DNA of 49,062 nucleotides from a virus (Duplodnaviria; Heunggongvirae; Uroviricota; Caudoviricetes): IMG/VR virus record IMGVR_UViG_2917891409_000001, positions 1 to 49,062 of that record; one strand, 5' to 3'. Shown piece by piece: positions 44,754 to 49,062 of this stretch (position 1 is its first letter; each line of letters starts with the position of its first letter). The notes under the pieces were generated by a model. It saw only the letters and a program-made list of their open reading frames with translations, ran no database searches and was not told where the DNA came from. The position numbers and the translations under genes were made by a program.

Positions 44754-45569
44754 ATGTGGGGCGTCAAAATTGAGCAGACCGAAGACGGCAGGCATTATGT
44801 CGCGGGGCTTGGCCTCAGCATGGAGGATACGGAGGAAGGCAAACTGAGCCAGTTCCTGGTTGCCGCTAACCGTATCGCGTTTATTGACCCGGCAAACGGG
44901 AATGAAACGCCGATGTTTGTGGCGCAGGGCAACCAGATATTCATGAACGAAGTGTTCCTGAAGTATCTGACGGCGCCAACCATTACCAGCGGCGGCAATC
45001 CGCCGGTATTTTCCCTGACACCGGACGGGCGGCTGACGGCGAAAAATGCCGATATCAGCGGTAACGTGAATGCGAACTCCGGAACGCTCAATAATGTCAC
45101 GATTAACCAGAACTGTCAGATTCTGGGAAAACTGTCTGCCAACCAGATTGAAGGTGATATTGTCAAAACGGTGGGAAAAGCCTTTCCGAGAAATAGCAGT
45201 TATGCCAGCGGTACAATAACGGTCACGGTGTACGATGACCAGGCTTTTGACCGTCAGATAGTAATCCCACCCGTTCTGTTTCGCGGTGGTAAGCATGAAA
45301 ACTTCAACAGCAACAACCAACAGTCATACTGGTATTCAACCTGTAAGCTGCAGGTGCTGAAGAACGGACAGGAAATCTTTCAGCAACCCGCGACGGATGT
45401 CAGCAGGGTATTTTCATCCGTCATTGATATGCCTGCCGGACACGGTCATGTCACCCTGACTTTCAATGTTTCTTCATATGGTGCTAATAACTGGACGCCA
45501 ACGACCAGTATCAGCGACCTTCTTGTTGTCGTGATGAAGAAATCAACAGCCGGTATCAGTATCAGTTGA
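44754..45569 (+). CDS. J: J C-terminal receptor-binding portion (continuation in +1 frame)
   Basis: frame open upstream to the A-run; matches lambda J C-terminal region. Confidence 0.8.
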   Translation: MWGVKIEQTEDGRHYVAGLGLSMEDTEEGKLSQFLVAANRIAFIDPANGNETPMFVAQGNQIFMNEVFLKYLTAPTITSGGNPPVFSLTPDGRLTAKNADISGNVNANSGTLNNVTINQNCQILGKLSANQIEGDIVKTVGKAFPRNSSYASGTITVTVYDDQAFDRQIVIPPVLFRGGKHENFNSNNQQSYWYSTCKLQVLKNGQEIFQQPATDVSRVFSSVIDMPAGHGHVTLTFNVSSYGANNWTPTTSISDLLVVVMKKSTAGISIS

Positions 45570-45588
45570 ATTTTATAACCCAAATACG

Positions 45589-45614
45589 GGCGCCAGAAAT
45601 GGCGCCTTTTTTAT
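45589..45614 (+). terminator. intrinsic terminator after J
   Basis: GGCGCC-AGAAAT-GGCGCC hairpin then TTTTTTATT. Confidence 0.45.
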
Positions 45615-45636
45615 TGCAGAAAAGCGAGAGGTAATT

Positions 45637-46236
45637 ATGCGTAAATTATGTGCTGTTATTCTGTCTGCAGTAGTCTGGCTGGTCGCCGCTGGTACGCCAG
45701 CGAGTGCAGCAGAGCATCAGTCCACACTAAGCGGCGGGTATCTTCAGTCCCATACTGATATGCCCGGCAACGATGACCTGAAGGGTATTAACGTGAAATA
45801 CCGTTATGAATTTACGGACACGCTGGGGCTGGTGACGTCATTCAGCTATGCAGGAGACAAGAATCGCCAGATTACCCGTTACAGCGATACCCGCTGGCAT
45901 GAAGATTCAGTGCGTAACCGCTGGTTCAGCGTGATGGCGGGGCCGTCTGTACGCGTGAATGAATGGTTCAGTGCTTATGCGATGGCGGGTGTGGCTTACA
46001 GCCGTGTTTCGACGTTCTCCGGGGATTATCTCCGCGTAACTGACAACAAGGGGAAAACGCACGATGTGCTGACCGGAAGTGATGACGGTCGCCACAGCGA
46101 CACGTCTCTGGCATGGGGGGCTGGCGTGCAGTTTAACCCGACCGAATCCGTGGCCATTGACCTTGCTTATGAAGGTTCCGGCAGTGGCGACTGGCGCGCT
46201 GACGGTTTCATCGTGGGTGTCGGTTATAAATTCTGA
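45637..46236 (+). CDS. lom: Lom outer-membrane protein (Ail/Lom family)
   Basis: 199 aa, signal peptide, C-terminal ...GVGYKF. Confidence 0.85.
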   Translation: MRKLCAVILSAVVWLVAAGTPASAAEHQSTLSGGYLQSHTDMPGNDDLKGINVKYRYEFTDTLGLVTSFSYAGDKNRQITRYSDTRWHEDSVRNRWFSVMAGPSVRVNEWFSAYAMAGVAYSRVSTFSGDYLRVTDNKGKTHDVLTGSDDGRHSDTSLAWGAGVQFNPTESVAIDLAYEGSGSGDWRADGFIVGVGYKF

Positions 46237-46262
46237 TTAGCCAGGTAACACAGTGTTATGAC

Positions 46263-46290
46263 AGCCCGCCGGTTCAGGCGGGCTTTTTTG
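46263..46290 (+). terminator. intrinsic terminator after lom
   Basis: AGCCCGCC-GGTTCA-GGCGGGCT hairpin then TTTTTT. Confidence 0.5.
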
Positions 46291-46294
46291 TGGA

Positions 46295-48658
46295 GTGGAT
46301 ATGGCAGCAGTAAAAATCTCAGGTGTGCTGAAAGATGGTGCGGGAAAACCAATACAGAACTGCACTATTCAACTGAAGGCAAAGCGTAACAGCACCACGG
46401 TACTGGTGAACACGGTAGCCTCTGAAAATCCGGATGAAGCCGGGCGTTACAGCATGGATGTTGAGTATGGCCAGTACAGCGTCACCCTGCTGGTTGAAGG
46501 TTTTCCGCCTTCACATGCCGGGACCATTACCGTCTATGAAGGTTCCAGACCAGGTTCGCTGAATGATTTTCTCGGTGCCATGACGGAAGATGATGTCATG
46601 CCGGAGGCATTGCGTCGTTTTGAGGAAATGGTGGAAGAAGCGGCACGCAACGCCGAAGCCGCCTCTCAGAGCGCAACGGCGGCAAAGAAATCCGAAACTG
46701 CAGCGGCATCATCGAAGAACGCGGCGAAAACCTCAGAAACGAATGCAGCTAACAGCGCACAGGCGGCAGCGGCCTCACAGACTGCATCGGCAAACTCCGC
46801 GACAGCAGCCAAAAAATCAGAAACCAACGCGAAAAACAGCGAGACAGCAGCAAAGACGAGTGAAACCAACGCAAAGTCCAGCCAGACGGCAGCGAAAACC
46901 AGCGAAACGAATGCTAAAGCCAGTGAAACTGCGGCAAAAAACAGCCAGGCTGCAGCAGCCCAAAGCGAGAGCGCGGCAGCCGGTTCTGCGACTTCAGCTG
47001 CTGGCTCAGCAACTGCTGCGGCTAACAGCCAGAAAGCTGCAAAGACGAGTGAAACTAACGCAAAGTCCAGCCAGACGGCAGCGAAGACCAGCGAAACGAA
47101 TGCCAAAGCCAGCGAAACTGCGGCGAAAAACAGTCAGGATGCAGCAGCCCAAAGCGAGAGTGCCGCAGCTGATTCTGCAACAGCGGCAGCTAATAGCCAA
47201 AAAGCTGCAAAAACCAGTGAAACTAACGCAAAGACGAGTGAAACAAAAGCAGCAGCTAGCGAGACAGAAGCAACGTCAGCCGCAACAAGAGCAGAGAATG
47301 CAGCCCGGATTGCAGAAGATGCCGCTGATCCTGCTTCTGTCCCTCCGCTTCCTGATATCTGGCTACCCTTGAATGATTCTCTGGAAGCGATAACAGGGTA
47401 TGCGCCGGGCTATAAAACAATAACCATCGGCAGTGATGAAATAACAATGCCTGTTAATGGCATATGCCAATTTAGCCGCGCTTCATCAGCAACGTATATT
47501 GATAAGTCCGGGCATATTACCGTAGCAGCTAATAACGTTCCTCGCTTTGAAAAATATGGTTTGCTGATAGAGAATCAGCGAACAAACATGTTCGTAAATA
47601 GTTTTAATCCTGATGCGTGGAATAAAAGCGGTGGTATATCTGTAACATCATCAACAGATGAATTTGAGTTTAAATATGGACGTTTCACGGTAGGAAGCGA
47701 GATAGCAGGAACGACAACAGGGAGAAATATATGCACAGTTGCTGGTAATAAAGGCATAGATGTGACTGGCGATGATCAGTACAGTAAAGGTCCGTATGTT
47801 ACCGCGTCGTTCAGGGTAAGAAGTGATCTCAATGTTCGCGCACGTATCCGTTTTGAACGGTATAACTCGGAAGGATACACTTTCCTTTGTGACGCCTATT
47901 TGTCATTACAGACTCATGAACTACAAATTACGGGTGGTAATGCCCAGCTATTAACAGCAAACTTTGAAATCGACCCTGGAAGTGGATGGATATATTTTCA
48001 GGCAACACTGAAATGTCTGCCAGAATGGGGAATGGTTGGTACGCAGCTGCAAATTGCAGCCGACAGAGCTGTGGGGTCTTTTGCAACAGGTGACTGGATA
48101 GAAGTAACCACCCCGCAATTCGAGTATGGTGCTTGTGCAACTTCCTTCATCATAACGACAACAGAGCCAGCGACTCGTGCATCAGATTTATGTAAATTTC
48201 CGCTGATGAAAAATATGTATACCATGCCTTTTACGTTCATGGTGGAGGTCCATAAAAACTGGTTTATTTCTCATAATGCTGCACCGCGTGTCATTGATTC
48301 AGAAAATCACCAGTCCGGAGGCCCATTTATTATGGGGTTTGGTTCTTCTGGAACTATTAGTCAGGACGGTTATTCGTATTGCGATATAGGCGGGGCTAAC
48401 CGACGTGTATATGAGTCATGCGGAGTAAGAGAGCTTGTTATGGGATTCAGGGTTAAGGCTGACGGCATGACATGCTCATTTGCAAATAAGCATATAAGCA
48501 CAGAAACAAAAACAGTATGGAAATATATTCGTGAAGCTGCTGTGATTCGTATCGGGGGACAAACGACGACAGGATTACGACACCTTAATGGTCATATAAA
48601 AAACCTCCGTTTCTGGAACAGAGCATTGTCAGATACGCAGCTTAAGGAATACGTATAA
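46295..48658 (+). CDS. stf: side tail fibre protein (Stf-like) with repetitive Ala/Ser/Thr/Lys shaft and divergent C-terminal tip
   Basis: N-terminus AVKISGVLKDGAGKPIQNCTIQLKAKRNSTTV... as lambda Stf; SETNAK repeats; C-terminal about 450 aa not lambda-like. Confidence 0.8.
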   Translation: MDMAAVKISGVLKDGAGKPIQNCTIQLKAKRNSTTVLVNTVASENPDEAGRYSMDVEYGQYSVTLLVEGFPPSHAGTITVYEGSRPGSLNDFLGAMTEDDVMPEALRRFEEMVEEAARNAEAASQSATAAKKSETAAASSKNAAKTSETNAANSAQAAAASQTASANSATAAKKSETNAKNSETAAKTSETNAKSSQTAAKTSETNAKASETAAKNSQAAAAQSESAAAGSATSAAGSATAAANSQKAAKTSETNAKSSQTAAKTSETNAKASETAAKNSQDAAAQSESAAADSATAAANSQKAAKTSETNAKTSETKAAASETEATSAATRAENAARIAEDAADPASVPPLPDIWLPLNDSLEAITGYAPGYKTITIGSDEITMPVNGICQFSRASSATYIDKSGHITVAANNVPRFEKYGLLIENQRTNMFVNSFNPDAWNKSGGISVTSSTDEFEFKYGRFTVGSEIAGTTTGRNICTVAGNKGIDVTGDDQYSKGPYVTASFRVRSDLNVRARIRFERYNSEGYTFLCDAYLSLQTHELQITGGNAQLLTANFEIDPGSGWIYFQATLKCLPEWGMVGTQLQIAADRAVGSFATGDWIEVTTPQFEYGACATSFIITTTEPATRASDLCKFPLMKNMYTMPFTFMVEVHKNWFISHNAAPRVIDSENHQSGGPFIMGFGSSGTISQDGYSYCDIGGANRRVYESCGVRELVMGFRVKADGMTCSFANKHISTETKTVWKYIREAAVIRIGGQTTTGLRHLNGHIKNLRFWNRALSDTQLKEYV
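46852..47215. repeat. in-frame tandem direct repeat (about 186 bp x2) within stf
   Basis: near-identical nucleotide blocks beginning AAGACGAGTGAAAC(C/T)AACGCAAAGTCCAGCCAGACGGCAGCGAA. Confidence 0.6.
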
Positions 48659-48694
48659 TGCGGGATATAACATTACGATTCGATAACAGAGAAC

Positions 48695-49062
<368 letters not shown>

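Noticed and set aside
46852-47215. Tandem repeats considered as a possible CRISPR array
   Set aside because: Repeats are long (about 186 bp), contiguous with no spacers, and in-frame within the stf shaft.
46590-47372. 260-aa plus-strand ORF inside stf (Arg/Gln/Lys-rich)
   Set aside because: Alternative frame of the stf repeat region; low-complexity product; the stf frame is the conserved one.

Overview
This window is an Enterobacteriaceae (E. coli-type) chromosome segment carrying the left ~47 kb of a lambda-like prophage integrated at the lambda att site next to ybhC; attR lies beyond the window. Order: AT-rich ORF, ybhC, attL core (2033-2047), int/xis, a long leftward pL-type operon of accessory genes ending in exo-bet-gam, an immunity region (OL-like operators, a 3-gene cassette at the rexAB position, a non-lambda cI-like repressor, OR-like operators, cro-like gene), replication genes O (with ori iterons), P and ren, a nin region with a tandem-duplicated ~2.46 kb antirepressor/unknown-gene module, DLP12-like ninB-ninE-ybcO-rusA-ylcG, a Q-like gene, lysis genes (non-lambda holin, lambda-like R/Rz/Rz1), cos, a near-lambda head and tail block Nu1 through J, lom, a side tail fibre with a divergent tip, and an IS3-family transposase fragment at the window edge. 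Gene identities rest on my recollection of lambda and E. coli protein sequences; no searches were run. The main candidate for a new system is the nucleotidyltransferase-fold gene plus two unknown partners sitting directly downstream of cI where lambda carries rexA/rexB. Separately, at least seven genes (cI, L, J, a TraR-like gene, the second antirepressor copy, a small ORF, and probably Q) are interrupted by a single extra base in an A/T homopolymer run, a pattern that looks more like systematic sequencing error than biology but is worth resolving.
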